Source: a virus. From it: a DNA stretch of 64,000 bases. Made by a program: the position numbers and the translations under genes. Of the stretch, positions 33,501-41,632 are shown one piece after another (positions within the stretch are counted from its first letter, which is position 1; every line of letters begins with the position of its first letter). The notes beneath the pieces were generated by a model. It saw only the letters and a list, made by a program, of their open reading frames with translations, had not been told where the DNA came from and ran no database searches. The DNA lies in IMG/VR virus record IMGVR_UViG_3300046532_004322, positions 17,329 to 81,328 of that record, one strand, 5' to 3'.

Positions 33501-36500
33501 TCCTTATTGTCCGATATTTTTGCATCTGCAAATGTAGTATTATATCCGAACAAATCTCGCAGGCTTTTTCCTGGGGCTTGAACTATATCAAATGTTGCAC
33601 TATTCGTCGTGAAGGCAGTATTTTTTGAAATAGATTTTAATCCACTTTCAAAAACATGCCCACTTAACACTCCGATATGCTGATCAATATCTTTAGATAA
33701 GCTTGCGTGTGGCGAAGGAAGGGGTTGCTTTGGTCCAAGTTTTGGGCCGATTAATTTTTTAGCCGTTCTTCCCACCATAGCATTGAACACACGCCTGGAA
33801 TCCGTTTTTATTTTGTCTTGTACAGTCGGCCCATCTTGAGGTCTTTTTATTCCTTCTACGTTAAATTTTACTCTCCTTTCCCTACCTCCTTTTTTTCTTG
33901 GACCAGCCCAATTAACCTGCCTTCTGTAACCTTCCTGAGGAACAAGCATTGTTGCTAAATTTCTTGCATCTAAAGTTTCGAATGTAGAATTTCTAGCTTT
34001 CATCTTGCTCTTGTCCTTAGATTCTAGGTTTGTCAGCTCGGAAGCAGTCCTACGTTTTCCTTGAGAATCAAATTCTCCGTATACCGATGCTCTTCCTGCG
34101 CTCGTTTTACTTGCGCCTCCTCTATATTCGTTTAATAGTCTTAGCGACTGTTCGTCCAACATGGATTCGGTTACCTTAACCCCCCCATCCCGAGTTTTGC
34201 CATGCGAAATGAATGAGTTTTCGTCTTTAAATTGGCTCCAAATGTTACCATTTGCCTTTTTTCCAGAATCTATAAGCGGCCCACCAGCCTCCGTTCTATA
34301 CTTAACATTTAATCCTCCAGCAGCATTTATAACATCTCTAGTTAATTTCGTATCTTTAGCTGTTATTAAATCTATACCAGTCTTAAATAAACTTGTTGCT
34401 CCCAAATCTATTTTCTCAGACATTCCATTGCTATGATTTACTTTCGGATTTGATAAATATAAATTAGCGGCTTTTTTCAGAACTCCCAATGTATTTTGTT
34501 TTCTTTTCCCCTTTACTTCAAAATGTCTTCCTCCAGCCAATAAATCAAAATATTTATTTCCTTTCAATAGGTTGACTGATTCTTTTCCTTTCAACCCAAA
34601 TTCTCCCCTACTCCTCTTTAAATGTCTTCTAGCTTCGCTTTCCGCCCATAACCCCTTTATTCCACCCACTGCATTTTGAAACTGTCCCTCTTGCCAATGA
34701 ATATCTTTTGTACTTTTTGGATCAACCCATTTTTTAGTTAAAGAATCAATGGAAGTCAAGGCTCCTTTCCCGTTTCCAGAACTCAAAAGGGACCCGTATA
34801 TTCCATTGGTCATAAGCTTTTTTCTTACGCCAGTTATGTTTTTATACTTTGGATTTATTATATATTTTTCTTTCCCAGCATTTTTCCCTATTCCGATTTC
34901 TTTTTCAAATATAGAATTAACTCCTAAATTAGGAGGCCCGTCTCTCCACTTTGGATGCCCGTCTTTCCATCTTGATTTCGCATTTTTCCCTGCCAAAATA
35001 CGATGAGCTTTGCTTCCCATTTCTGCAGAAGTTTTTGAGAGCTTTGTAACTCTTAGATTTCCAGAAAATACATCACTACTATCAGAAAATTTTGAAATTG
35101 GACTGGCTCCCCCCAGTCTCCACCCTAACTCGGAAGATTTTGCAGACATCTTCATCAATCCTTTTGAGAAATTCGGAACAAATCCTTCGGAAGCAGTGAT
35201 TCTCCTTGCTCCCCTTGGCATTCCGTATCTTTTAATCATTGATCTATTAAATATTGCCGTTCCTCCAGACCCCCTAAAATTAGGAACCTTCCATTCTCCA
35301 GTATGAGCAACTACACTTCGCCTTTTCCCTCCACCCATCGCATGATTTCTCAACACTACAGGCCTATCTCCTCTTCTTGCACCACCTACATTATTTCTTA
35401 TTGATCTTTGTTCTCTATTTACCGAAGGGAGAAATCCTGACGCCATGCCCAAAGTTTTGCGACCTCGTCTTTTGTTCCAAGGCCTGCCCGCTGGCACAAA
35501 GCCCGCCTCGGAAGCTCCTACACCCCTTAGGGAAGTCCCAGCGGCTATTCTTTTGACCAAAGCTTCCTGCTTCATTCTTTCAACAGTCTCTTGCTTTATT
35601 AATTTTAATATAATTTTTTGTTGCTTCGCGGTATTCCCAGAAGCAGCCATTATCTTTTGGTAAACTCCGCTATTTGATGCAAGGATAGAACCAATGGACG
35701 CTTGAAGGCTTTTTTGTCTTTTGGATTCTGAATTCATCCCAATAAGGTCTGAAAAAGCTTCTCTTGCGAACTTTGCTACAAGTACAAATATCTTAAGAAA
35801 AGCCGCTGTAATAATTGCAAATCCTGGACCAGCCAAGAATTTACCAAATCCCTTTACGATATTTTTTGCAAAATCGCTACCCGTATTTTCATCCAAAGCT
35901 TTATTTAACCACTCAGCTAATTTTCCAACCACTTTTAAAATCGACTTAAAGCTATCACTTACCGCAAGCTCTCCAAGCCTTGCCGCCAATTCTTTAGCAC
36001 TTAAAGATGTTTGGGTAAATATAGCACTTAGGGTCTTATTAAGTTCCTCGTTTCTTTTTATAGCTTCGTCAGTTGTTCCGTTTGCCGTTTTTAATGCTTT
36101 GTCGTAAATTGAATAACCATCTCCCAAGTCTTGAATCAAAGCTTGAAGATTTTGAATTTGAAATACCCCAGCTATTTGTTCGGAAGTAAATGCTTTTTGT
36201 GAATCCGATAGCGTTTTGTATACTTTTGCATAATCTTTAAGTATTGCAATACCAGATCTAAAATTACCATTCAAGTCTTTTGTAGAGACTCCAATTTCTT
36301 CAAGAGCTTCCCTGACCCTACTTCTTTTTATCCTTGTAAATATACTCTTGAATCCATTTCCTATTACGGAACCACCTCTAGCGGTTCTTTGTTGAACTGC
36401 AGTTACAATTGAAGCGAGTTCATTAAATGAAACCCCAGAAGATTGAGCAACTGCACCAGCTCTAGAGATAGCTTCTGCCAAATCTTTTGACGAAACCGCA

Positions 36501-37108
36501 AAAGCTGCATCTACATTAGCCATCCTGTTTACAATTTGCTCGTGAGTTATCCCTTCCTTATTAAAAGAGTTAATTGCAGCGGTTAAGGTTTCTGTGGACT
36601 TTACAGCACTTAATCCAGAAAGTCTTGATAGAATTAATGCAGAATTAACCCTGTCAAGAGTTTCTTGCGCTCCCAAACCTTGCCTAGCTAATTCAACGGC
36701 TGATTCGGATACGGTCTCAAAACTTGTTGCGGTATTTTTCGCTACACCAAACAAGCCTTGACCAAATTTCATCATTTCCCTGTTTGTCGCTTCCATCACG
36801 ACCTGAATATCCTTCAGTGCCTTTTCCACCTCTGCAGCGGATCTAACCATAGTTGCAAAGGCATTTGATATTCCATTAATTATTCCTACCGCAGCTCCAA
36901 ACGCAAATACACGAGCCGCAGAAGCATCCATTGATTTCTGAAATTCACTTGCAGCATTCGTTATTTTTCCAAGGGGCTGAACAAATCCTCTTGTGTTCAG
37001 CTTCGGAGACATTTGCATCCGATTAACCACTCTTTGTGCAGACACGGCTTGGCCGACAATACTGCCATGGAAACCCACTGCTGCGGTTGGAATATTTACT
37101 ACACTCAT
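24575..37108 (-). CDS. Tail tape measure protein (TP901-family core), 4177 aa, with inserted domains
   Basis: N-terminal ELARQGL..., DLAEAISRAGAVA, RGGSVIGNGFKSIFTRI core; follows tail tube and chaperones. Confidence 0.92.
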   Translation of the reverse strand: MSVVNIPTAAVGFHGSIVGQAVSAQRVVNRMQMSPKLNTRGFVQPLGKITNAASEFQKSMDASAARVFAFGAAVGIINGISNAFATMVRSAAEVEKALKDIQVVMEATNREMMKFGQGLFGVAKNTATSFETVSESAVELARQGLGAQETLDRVNSALILSRLSGLSAVKSTETLTAAINSFNKEGITHEQIVNRMANVDAAFAVSSKDLAEAISRAGAVAQSSGVSFNELASIVTAVQQRTARGGSVIGNGFKSIFTRIKRSRVREALEEIGVSTKDLNGNFRSGIAILKDYAKVYKTLSDSQKAFTSEQIAGVFQIQNLQALIQDLGDGYSIYDKALKTANGTTDEAIKRNEELNKTLSAIFTQTSLSAKELAARLGELAVSDSFKSILKVVGKLAEWLNKALDENTGSDFAKNIVKGFGKFLAGPGFAIITAAFLKIFVLVAKFAREAFSDLIGMNSESKRQKSLQASIGSILASNSGVYQKIMAASGNTAKQQKIILKLIKQETVERMKQEALVKRIAAGTSLRGVGASEAGFVPAGRPWNKRRGRKTLGMASGFLPSVNREQRSIRNNVGGARRGDRPVVLRNHAMGGGKRRSVVAHTGEWKVPNFRGSGGTAIFNRSMIKRYGMPRGARRITASEGFVPNFSKGLMKMSAKSSELGWRLGGASPISKFSDSSDVFSGNLRVTKLSKTSAEMGSKAHRILAGKNAKSRWKDGHPKWRDGPPNLGVNSIFEKEIGIGKNAGKEKYIINPKYKNITGVRKKLMTNGIYGSLLSSGNGKGALTSIDSLTKKWVDPKSTKDIHWQEGQFQNAVGGIKGLWAESEARRHLKRSRGEFGLKGKESVNLLKGNKYFDLLAGGRHFEVKGKRKQNTLGVLKKAANLYLSNPKVNHSNGMSEKIDLGATSLFKTGIDLITAKDTKLTRDVINAAGGLNVKYRTEAGGPLIDSGKKANGNIWSQFKDENSFISHGKTRDGGVKVTESMLDEQSLRLLNEYRGGASKTSAGRASVYGEFDSQGKRRTASELTNLESKDKSKMKARNSTFETLDARNLATMLVPQEGYRRQVNWAGPRKKGGRERRVKFNVEGIKRPQDGPTVQDKIKTDSRRVFNAMVGRTAKKLIGPKLGPKQPLPSPHASLSKDIDQHIGVLSGHVFESGLKSISKNTAFTTNSATFDIVQAPGKSLRDLFGYNTTFADAKISDNKDSRASMVKKIFTLYNKTGEKGKSNLVHNANKRIESGAEDRAELEKGHIKAGFKRTRAGMGSLHGWTSATSRLKQLGHTDKAIANMSEGFIPNMDDGFVPNFAKGAMHWRRKGKGPTRKSGGKGTRAYRKAQSMKVQEQRGARTTRVVGGIAQPVYQRAGDNWYYNPRLNSRTKSPINLDSNIKTAGFAGRVGVVSSAGNTARVSSLESRVASLESKVSSNSSKIDPWASAYKEDARYNYNGASGYIPNFAGGKTSGGTQASGYGFIDDLLEKEILRGGKGTEGFINDLRSKDIQVDIDNKKGSVRFLGPVENAPGSPGMRNAIPNPSNNKHIQLGISNNKDLQGKMLDRLNDRIKSISLYNEGLSGKIRGLFGNVFIDPQKMAMKNEVLGMSKRLIGSGNSNNADFKTRTPAGLFDFINWGKKDLKHGIPQITRSGFDNLLKGGITGAQNIGIDELVKGLMVSHVAQGPNARAFSGKRGAQDATTLANEAQRGKLSLGERFFKIMGYGGKDGKETRGGKLARLYNWHSMTPEERKTSQEKKKERIQHQKNIANRANKELAELRRLNKANYKYQSPLNPEDIKRRDHLAKKEKDNKKIAGRAKAGKHVFMDSAGKLISGGANVLSDIYHGGKTVGGGVMRGIKAGANQARYIFDAYGADQIYDTSTSKMSTMIEEERLEEKARHKRNKGRNLEAARLKRKRRGRDRSKRRKEKWESLKNMFKLTPPFEIDSNLFGRKSEGDSRRKPGKPGLITQLQLAFMNTKDQLSGYREKNKGKVGIKDKFNSWLSDKIKGIGSFSNLNAKSIFGKIIPGYDTKGDKSSGGSEKAMNELQKRRMKEVRKSKLRQGSKKTIWNRMGDLGSRSLNWGMRRAEDTGKLGMKGLGFMGQMAGEAGSSGMQNLRMAGSHAGEWGSSGAAFMKSMMKGKGKGLALTGIGAGLFGGGVLGGKYLASLIGTGVGVGTGVGTGVGVGTGVGTGVGVGTGVGTGVGVGGAVGSKLGFGAFLKMVAGGSALSTAGGILGGAAMSLPPAAIMAYFMSKHISKRNAEFQKRVKKTHKKYLKRQKKFVRDKKKAEQRVKFNKGMKEWDTVFDKGKGKNYYGQPERHKYQDKIFQTGSGVMVYSNERKFENNQESRDFKRAFEIKKAVNPRMSDAEITKGLREKGLSDKSHIYRRSDRPMPVDSGHKAGVDALKDLRAKFPDLSEAEILEKAKKERRRGIGRQKRGGVTPYTSSFIDDAMKALKRAAEIKANPYGHKKKSSTPRRGRAGGFIPNFARGGGNRHPGAGSPHPGKNNLTQSYIDGIRRGEIGEKEIAKLLQDQALILRNNPKKFQDQNDYMARSMDNIGNTQQKLKILRHASKLKGGAAGGFVPNFARPGRKFRRFNKDGFLSGTRKRKAANRRVDEAGFVWAVDKSQKLQKISEKLHLDKMDDIFQGFFSGGYIPSFSNPLENAYNREKSALRKRGIPSSAIRMERSPKLVDHRLNPGGFAITNRVDERFGLGQGINRSMAMGIDPKAHGMSEGFVPNFRFGMGFLKGLRPGSQPTRNINPNYRPSRKLPGGRTIPASRGKKYSESKNKFAKRRDKWEKQKAKTDASMSQMTMAAMFMGPMISQQIDAGQTAKGRGSLGGAVKNMGSSALMGAGFGAMLGTPGMAFGALGGAAYGAADSAMNWKDNKALSDIGEDLSKGKDKLDEKLKDLQAMIKYREGVQGLNDAFKSGDITKIKEGQKLMSESIASIVDPSVIDKLNSITNGTMSFSDQIEALSGVLKDAENNAKNAKNALEIGTAVSAGIEREKSVMSSAGEMLVDYGLFLPSAGLSSAVSQWRSGAGVTEGMDPTSWFGAGGMTAKLDSARWDESESKDFASKLKANFKQANTKSVAEITQEEFDRKKVLAARTGGSFDQTFDEFSKDFQDQAAVESARETLTSMQKDFGNLEEARLDILRGSIRGNRFGKGVDQNKLLYGDKDDLENASIMKGHLSDLEEKNAKDKLNNSSFIKALRDGGQSAAADKIVEGIIDPSENNLSKENLLMMKEQIQTQEKLIESLDSNADSNSKNATKVKNIEDELKSLIKEVRLLNFAIEDFNKNRETVERVRSINRDTIERDFSGKNNILSSVGAITEREKVSRSNTLQNIIARDSNNQELRSSMMERLLKGADPNSLIDMNQILKDKGLSAEKDEGTFLEREKKENEKKERPEREEFTNKFTDFMKQNADGNVTLVEIKGFLETLNSSNEYSNRIQTDMRNIELRNGAVFSAQLNQLKSENRNKMLELDAKFINKMGSSILGTNDTTKLNDAIRTGGLNRKGERSKFVKGLGRTVSEKENEAINSQSQAFLEESLGINLSGLTGRTGLDQRKAKINRNIEKMDKDIGPDGDPLIDFLEKRKKVAFANIDSVDQMQKSQFNNIGYGGELSDSLSDNGKMLASTLSIADNTESLFKLASNSGINISTTSQSGIATGIANSISSMLGDSVKQDLGEKTDSAGDRAASAAEAKKKRETPTVFAPVKVSGVRGKSGQTGFQEVRDPYWKRNRKQVTKWHLGDPKAGPISQFAGSDDPLNKAGTDLEKLPAQTKNLHFLAALSEEAKDANGDILTNDLVSNLARKLELLKSKPNWRTQNLADKGEDPRWLSTLTPKNDTIKLATKIIREQQNRVASLPHFTKLKNKGNAPSAGLWPIEATKFENMGIGDMPPVLGTDSPHLAPGYGQRQASQQDNFGILKDNIEALLKSYDNIENVQIDSILQDKMVRKAGDNDGVTQMLKPEQRDFLKQADVDVSGYGQLNIPQWAKDEKGFVLEIEKMKESWKAWFDKGTQAINQPSVTAPTMPTFSPVSNSGSRRATSWGGSLRSPVQGGPFIHDTQENVMPPSPYIASTPGADHTIHEVGKDGKVNQIDQAATEGVNKVSESINELPKAMKNELESVIFNHGITGNVTLDFNTEMFSQALGPVMFDQLKNMLLDPIISEVMARALEGRLNIRPDQIN
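30538..30647. repeat. Coding low-complexity repeat (GVGTGV)n inside the tape measure gene
   Basis: ccaacccctgtt / ccaactcctacc units. Confidence 0.9.
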
Positions 37109-37138
37109 ACTTACCTTTTACCTTTTAAGGTAATACAC

Positions 37139-38140
37139 TTATTTTTCGTGAATTCGAATAAAATCATCCATATCAAGAGAACCGTCCTTTCCTTCTTCTG
37201 TGGCAACATCGTGTAAATCTTTCGTCCCAGAAACATCCAGGCCAGCCTCAACCATGTCTTCTTTCGAGGCTCCCATATAACTATATCCGCTCGAAGCATT
37301 TAATCTTTCCTTGGAATCTTGTACTCTTTTGGATTTCTTATCGGAATCTTGCATGAAGTCCATTATCTCCTTTGCGTTGTCCCTAATTTTTTCAGGTATT
37401 TCCTTATTTTTGAAAACATTTAAAAACATTTTCGCATAATTCAATACGTTTATCTGGTAATAACTTAATTCAAAATGATTTCTATTGAAAAACTTCGAGA
37501 CATTGGATCCAAATAAATTCAATATAGAAGTAAAAAATGGCTCTATTGATATTTGTCTTACATTATCTGTTGAAAATTCGAGTAATGCTTCATTATATAT
37601 ATTGTATAACGTAGCTAACTCAGACCTGTCCAGCTCTTCAAATTCTTCATCTGTGAAAAATCTTTCCGTTAACTTTTCATCCTTAAAGAAACAACGAGAT
37701 ATAAAGCTTTCATTTGATTTTTTTCCTGCATATTCTTCTGCAGTATTCCTTATTAAATGTCCTCTTTTTTCCTCACTTATCCTTATTCCTTTTTCCAGCT
37801 TCTCTATGCTTTTTTCCATAGATTTTCTTTGAGCTTTTATTATAAGATTCGAGACTGTTTTTTTTAAGTTTTTTATCTCTTCTCTTTTCTTTGAGGATTC
37901 TTCTTCTTCTTCTTTTGTCCATGTTTTTTCCTTGTCTAAAAAATCAAGTAATTCCTTTTCGGTCATTACCCCCATCTTCTTTGCCTTATTGAGATACCTG
38001 TCATGCATATCCCTTAAGAATCCCATATCATTAAGATCCGTATGCTTAATGAAAACAGGGGTTCCCGAGAATTCAGTTCTCGAAAACCCCTGCATTAACT
38101 TAAGAAAAATATTTTCTAAATTTTTATTGTCATTTTGCAT
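37139..38140 (-). CDS. Putative tail assembly chaperone
   Basis: Directly upstream of the tape measure gene; helical and charged. Confidence 0.55.
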   Translation of the reverse strand: MQNDNKNLENIFLKLMQGFSRTEFSGTPVFIKHTDLNDMGFLRDMHDRYLNKAKKMGVMTEKELLDFLDKEKTWTKEEEEESSKKREEIKNLKKTVSNLIIKAQRKSMEKSIEKLEKGIRISEEKRGHLIRNTAEEYAGKKSNESFISRCFFKDEKLTERFFTDEEFEELDRSELATLYNIYNEALLEFSTDNVRQISIEPFFTSILNLFGSNVSKFFNRNHFELSYYQINVLNYAKMFLNVFKNKEIPEKIRDNAKEIMDFMQDSDKKSKRVQDSKERLNASSGYSYMGASKEDMVEAGLDVSGTKDLHDVATEEGKDGSLDMDDFIRIHEK

Positions 38141-39008
38141 CGACTAACTCTTCTTCGCTAGCCTCTTCATCTTCGGAATCTTCTTCATCCTCAAGGTCTT
38201 CTTCCTCTTGAGTCTTTTCCATTTCTTTCATAAGCTCTTCCAGGCCTTCTTTTTCTTGAGATCCGCTTATATACCAAATCGTTAATATTGAAGATATTTT
38301 ATCTATTGATCTTGAGTAAATTTCATCATCAATTTCTTCAAGATCTACATACTTTTCATACCTTTCTTCGAAACTCGTTCCTTCAAACATCGGCTCGATG
38401 GGGGCCTTTTCGTCCTCCCCTTCGGAGAAATAACTTAAATGCAAGACATACCACATTATGGTTCTGTTCCTAGCCTTTACATCTGCAGTATGATCAAACA
38501 ATGAATTTTGCAACATTTCATACTCAGTTAATTCCTTTCTTATTTCAGCCATTTCTCTTGTAGCTTGTTCCAGTTTCTCTTGCTGTCTTTCCGATAACTT
38601 TCCTTTGTTATCTCCAAAGACCGAAAACTCTTGAACCTCAAGTTGTTTTTGATGCATTCTGAAAACCAAGTCGGAATAAAGCTTCTGTTCTTTTTCCGTC
38701 CACACTCCACCGTTTGATCCATATTGCTTTGCGAGCATGGCTTTAGTCAGGAGCCCCATCTTAATATACTTATTAAGCTCCAAGCTGTAGAACATGTCTC
38801 CGTCCTCTAGCTGGCTCCTGGTGGGCTTTTTAATGCATATGTTGAAGGGGACCTCCTTTTTGGTGTTAACGGTCTCCTTGGTCACTACCGTATCCATCTT
38901 TCCAGTCTCCTTGTTCTTACGCTTCTTTTTCTTTTCTATCGTTTCCTCAACATCTCTCTCGATGTTCACTTGAAACGAATACAATACCTTTTTTTCATCA
39001 ATGTCCAT
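38130..39008 (-). CDS. Putative tail assembly chaperone
   Basis: Between tail tube and tape measure genes; acidic tail. Confidence 0.55.
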   Translation of the reverse strand: MDIDEKKVLYSFQVNIERDVEETIEKKKKRKNKETGKMDTVVTKETVNTKKEVPFNICIKKPTRSQLEDGDMFYSLELNKYIKMGLLTKAMLAKQYGSNGGVWTEKEQKLYSDLVFRMHQKQLEVQEFSVFGDNKGKLSERQQEKLEQATREMAEIRKELTEYEMLQNSLFDHTADVKARNRTIMWYVLHLSYFSEGEDEKAPIEPMFEGTSFEERYEKYVDLEEIDDEIYSRSIDKISSILTIWYISGSQEKEGLEELMKEMEKTQEEEDLEDEEDSEDEEASEEELVDAK

Positions 39009-39061
39009 AATACCTTATACCTTGGTTATAGTTAATACAATATATATTATAAATTAAAAAA

Positions 39062-39346
39062 TCATTTTTTAAAGTTAATATCAAAATTTTCCATACAAGC
39101 AAACAATTCCCTCCTTAGATCGTTTCCAGAATCCAAGATCTTTTTCCTTATATGATTGAGTTGAGCCTCGTCCAAATACTCAGCTTGATTTAACAACTTT
39201 TCTTCTTCAGGAATAGCTTCCTTGAGCTTCTTGAATTGCGTCTTATGTTCTTCGCTTAAATCTTCTATTGTTCCCAAGAACGATTTATACAAATTAGTTA
39301 TTCCACGGAGTACTTGAAACTCCAATAGTTCTCTTTCTGATTTCAT
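39062..39346 (-). CDS. Hypothetical protein
   Basis: ORF with upstream GTGTA and AAGGTA motifs. Confidence 0.65.
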   Translation of the reverse strand: MKSERELLEFQVLRGITNLYKSFLGTIEDLSEEHKTQFKKLKEAIPEEEKLLNQAEYLDEAQLNHIRKKILDSGNDLRRELFACMENFDINFKK

Positions 39347-39376
39347 AATTTACCTTTTACCTTATGTGTAAATACA

Positions 39377-39412
39377 CAAAAAACCCTCGAATGGGAAATC
39401 CGAGGGTTTTTG
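39377..39412 (-). terminator. Intrinsic terminator after tail tube gene
   Basis: AAAAACCCTCG...CGAGGGTTTTT stem with A/T tails. Confidence 0.75.
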
Positions 39413-39434
39413 TTACTAATAGTAATTCTTTAAA

Positions 39435-40700
39435 TTACGGGGTCAATGTTGGAGTTTCAGTAAACTGAGGAGTATTATCCTGCGATGTGAACAAGAATAT
39501 TCCATTATCCGAATCGTTAGCTCCGCCAACTTGAGCGGAGAAGGTAAGATCAACAGTCTTGTTATCTCCAATGGAAGCACTAAATGCTTCGGTATCGAGG
39601 ATAGCATTACGCATGACATAAGTCATGAGATTATTGCTTCCGCAACGATCCTTCATGATCAATGCGATATCACGCTTTTCTTCAGCTCCACAAATAAGAC
39701 CGTCAAGAGATCCTTCGTCAAAATCAGTCATCAATGCCGAAGCACTGAGCGTCATTGTAACTGGGAAATCAATCTTCCGAGCGAATGGGAAGTGATTCCC
39801 AAGTCTTGTCATCGGAGTTCTTCCAATTGGAACTTCCAAGGATACATTCTGAATGTGAACAGCAGTTTTTGAGCCCGTCCCGAAACCAGATCCAGGAAGG
39901 ACTGCTCCACCAACTTGTAAATCTCCAGCGCTTGTTGCATTACTGAAAAATCCAGTAGCATCAAAATCAATCGTAATGTCTCCAGGGCGGATAGCAAAGA
40001 TTTCACTACCACTTTCTGTATTTCCTGTAGTTCCTGTGTTTGAAATAACGCTAGAAAAATTAACTTTATTACTGAGCTTTGATCCACTCGTCGAACTAAC
40101 ATCAATTGCTGGATTATCCATATTGCCAGAAAGATCATTCTTAAAAAGCATATTCGAAGCTTCTACGGAAACACTTGCCGAAGCTAATTCTCCAACCGCA
40201 GCACTTATTGAATAACTCGTAAGAAATCCGTTACCAATTGCAATACATCCATGATTAGCAGTATTAACTCCAGTCGTATCATGCAAGTCGTCACCTTCTT
40301 TTGTCGTTACGACGTAAAAATTCAATTCATCTGCATTTGCTCCATGAACATTTTGAATATTTGTACTATCAAGAAGGCTCTTAGCTAATGGATCTGCAGT
40401 GGCAACTGGAAAAATCGTATCTGCATTTACATCAAGCCCAAGATTCTGCTCTTGGATACCTGTTGTGAGCAAGTACGAAAAATCAAGACTTACTGTGGGG
40501 GGCTCAGTTACTTCTCTCGAAAGAGCGGCAAGCTGACCAAACTCGTTAATATCAGTACGGGCTACTTCTAAATTGTAGCTCATGTCCTGAACGCGATTTA
40601 TTTCTTTAATGTTCGCACTTGTAATATTGCCCCCAGCATTGGGGTCGATCTTACTTGCGAACAAATTCTCACTCTGGTAAATAACTCTATCTCTTGGCAT
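39435..40700 (-). CDS. Major tail tube protein
   Basis: RVIYQSE, INRVQDMSY...DINEFGQLA, PPTVSLDFSY; followed by a terminator; synteny. Confidence 0.75.
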   Translation of the reverse strand: MPRDRVIYQSENLFASKIDPNAGGNITSANIKEINRVQDMSYNLEVARTDINEFGQLAALSREVTEPPTVSLDFSYLLTTGIQEQNLGLDVNADTIFPVATADPLAKSLLDSTNIQNVHGANADELNFYVVTTKEGDDLHDTTGVNTANHGCIAIGNGFLTSYSISAAVGELASASVSVEASNMLFKNDLSGNMDNPAIDVSSTSGSKLSNKVNFSSVISNTGTTGNTESGSEIFAIRPGDITIDFDATGFFSNATSAGDLQVGGAVLPGSGFGTGSKTAVHIQNVSLEVPIGRTPMTRLGNHFPFARKIDFPVTMTLSASALMTDFDEGSLDGLICGAEEKRDIALIMKDRCGSNNLMTYVMRNAILDTEAFSASIGDNKTVDLTFSAQVGGANDSDNGIFLFTSQDNTPQFTETPTLTP

Positions 40701-40759
40701 AATTTTAAATGGTTTGTGTGTTATTACTAATTACAGTAAAAAGTTTAGAATGGGAACTT

Positions 40760-41632
40760 TTATCTTTTAAAATTTTCCCTAGGAGTTCTGGGCATTGAAA
40801 CGGTAAAGTCAATGAACCCTATTTTATAATCTTTTGATGATGTGATTCTTTCTCTGGCTCTGTCTGTAATTTTAGAACAATTAGCGCTTTCTATAAAACA
40901 ATTCTGAGAAGAACCAGAAGACAAATCGCTGTATTTATAAGGGTGAGATTTTATATGATTAAACTCTCCAAATGGAAAATCATTGAAGTTTATCATGGAA
41001 AAACAACTCCTTGCAGAGTCTCTAAATAATGAAAGCGCTCCATCCAATGTATAATTTGAGTCCGCTATTACCACCCCTCTTATATTACATATCGTATTAT
41101 CCATTCCTCCAAAAGCAAATGGTTCATTATTTGAATTAGCTAATGTCAGAAATACCGCAGGTACGGTATATATCTTATCTGTAAATCCTCCGTTTTGTTG
41201 TAAAAATGTTTGATTTAAAGGGGATATTGTAAAATCACTATTTAAAATTACATTCTCTTCAGTCTCATCAGTTATATATACATTAACCGTTTTATATGCA
41301 AAATCTCCAGTTATGGTCAATCCCGTTCCAGAATATACGGAAGTATCCAATAAGACCCTTCCATTATTATAATCTATGTATATATTATTTTTATCAGCAA
41401 CTTGAACGCCATCTATAGTAACGAAATCATTTACTGTATTTTTGTCAGAAGACCAAACGAATTGTCTATAGGGGCTATAGTAAGCCATATAATTAGACGG
41501 CAAATCTGGAGAGTCAACATGTTGAAAGGTATGAGTGATGGAAGGCATTACAGCTTCTCCGAAATAATTTAACCTATCGTCAAACCACAAGTAAAAACTT
41601 GATAAAAGCTCATGATCAAATCCTACTTTCAT
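40760..41632 (-). CDS. Putative tail terminator/neck protein
   Basis: Synteny upstream of the tail tube gene. Confidence 0.5.
   Translation of the reverse strand: MKVGFDHELLSSFYLWFDDRLNYFGEAVMPSITHTFQHVDSPDLPSNYMAYYSPYRQFVWSSDKNTVNDFVTIDGVQVADKNNIYIDYNNGRVLLDTSVYSGTGLTITGDFAYKTVNVYITDETEENVILNSDFTISPLNQTFLQQNGGFTDKIYTVPAVFLTLANSNNEPFAFGGMDNTICNIRGVVIADSNYTLDGALSLFRDSARSCFSMINFNDFPFGEFNHIKSHPYKYSDLSSGSSQNCFIESANCSKITDRARERITSSKDYKIGFIDFTVSMPRTPRENFKR

Noticed and set aside
38125-38145. Programmed -1 frameshift between tail chaperone genes
   Set aside because: The overlap is in the +1 frame, the downstream gene has its own ATG, and no XXXYYYZ heptamer was seen
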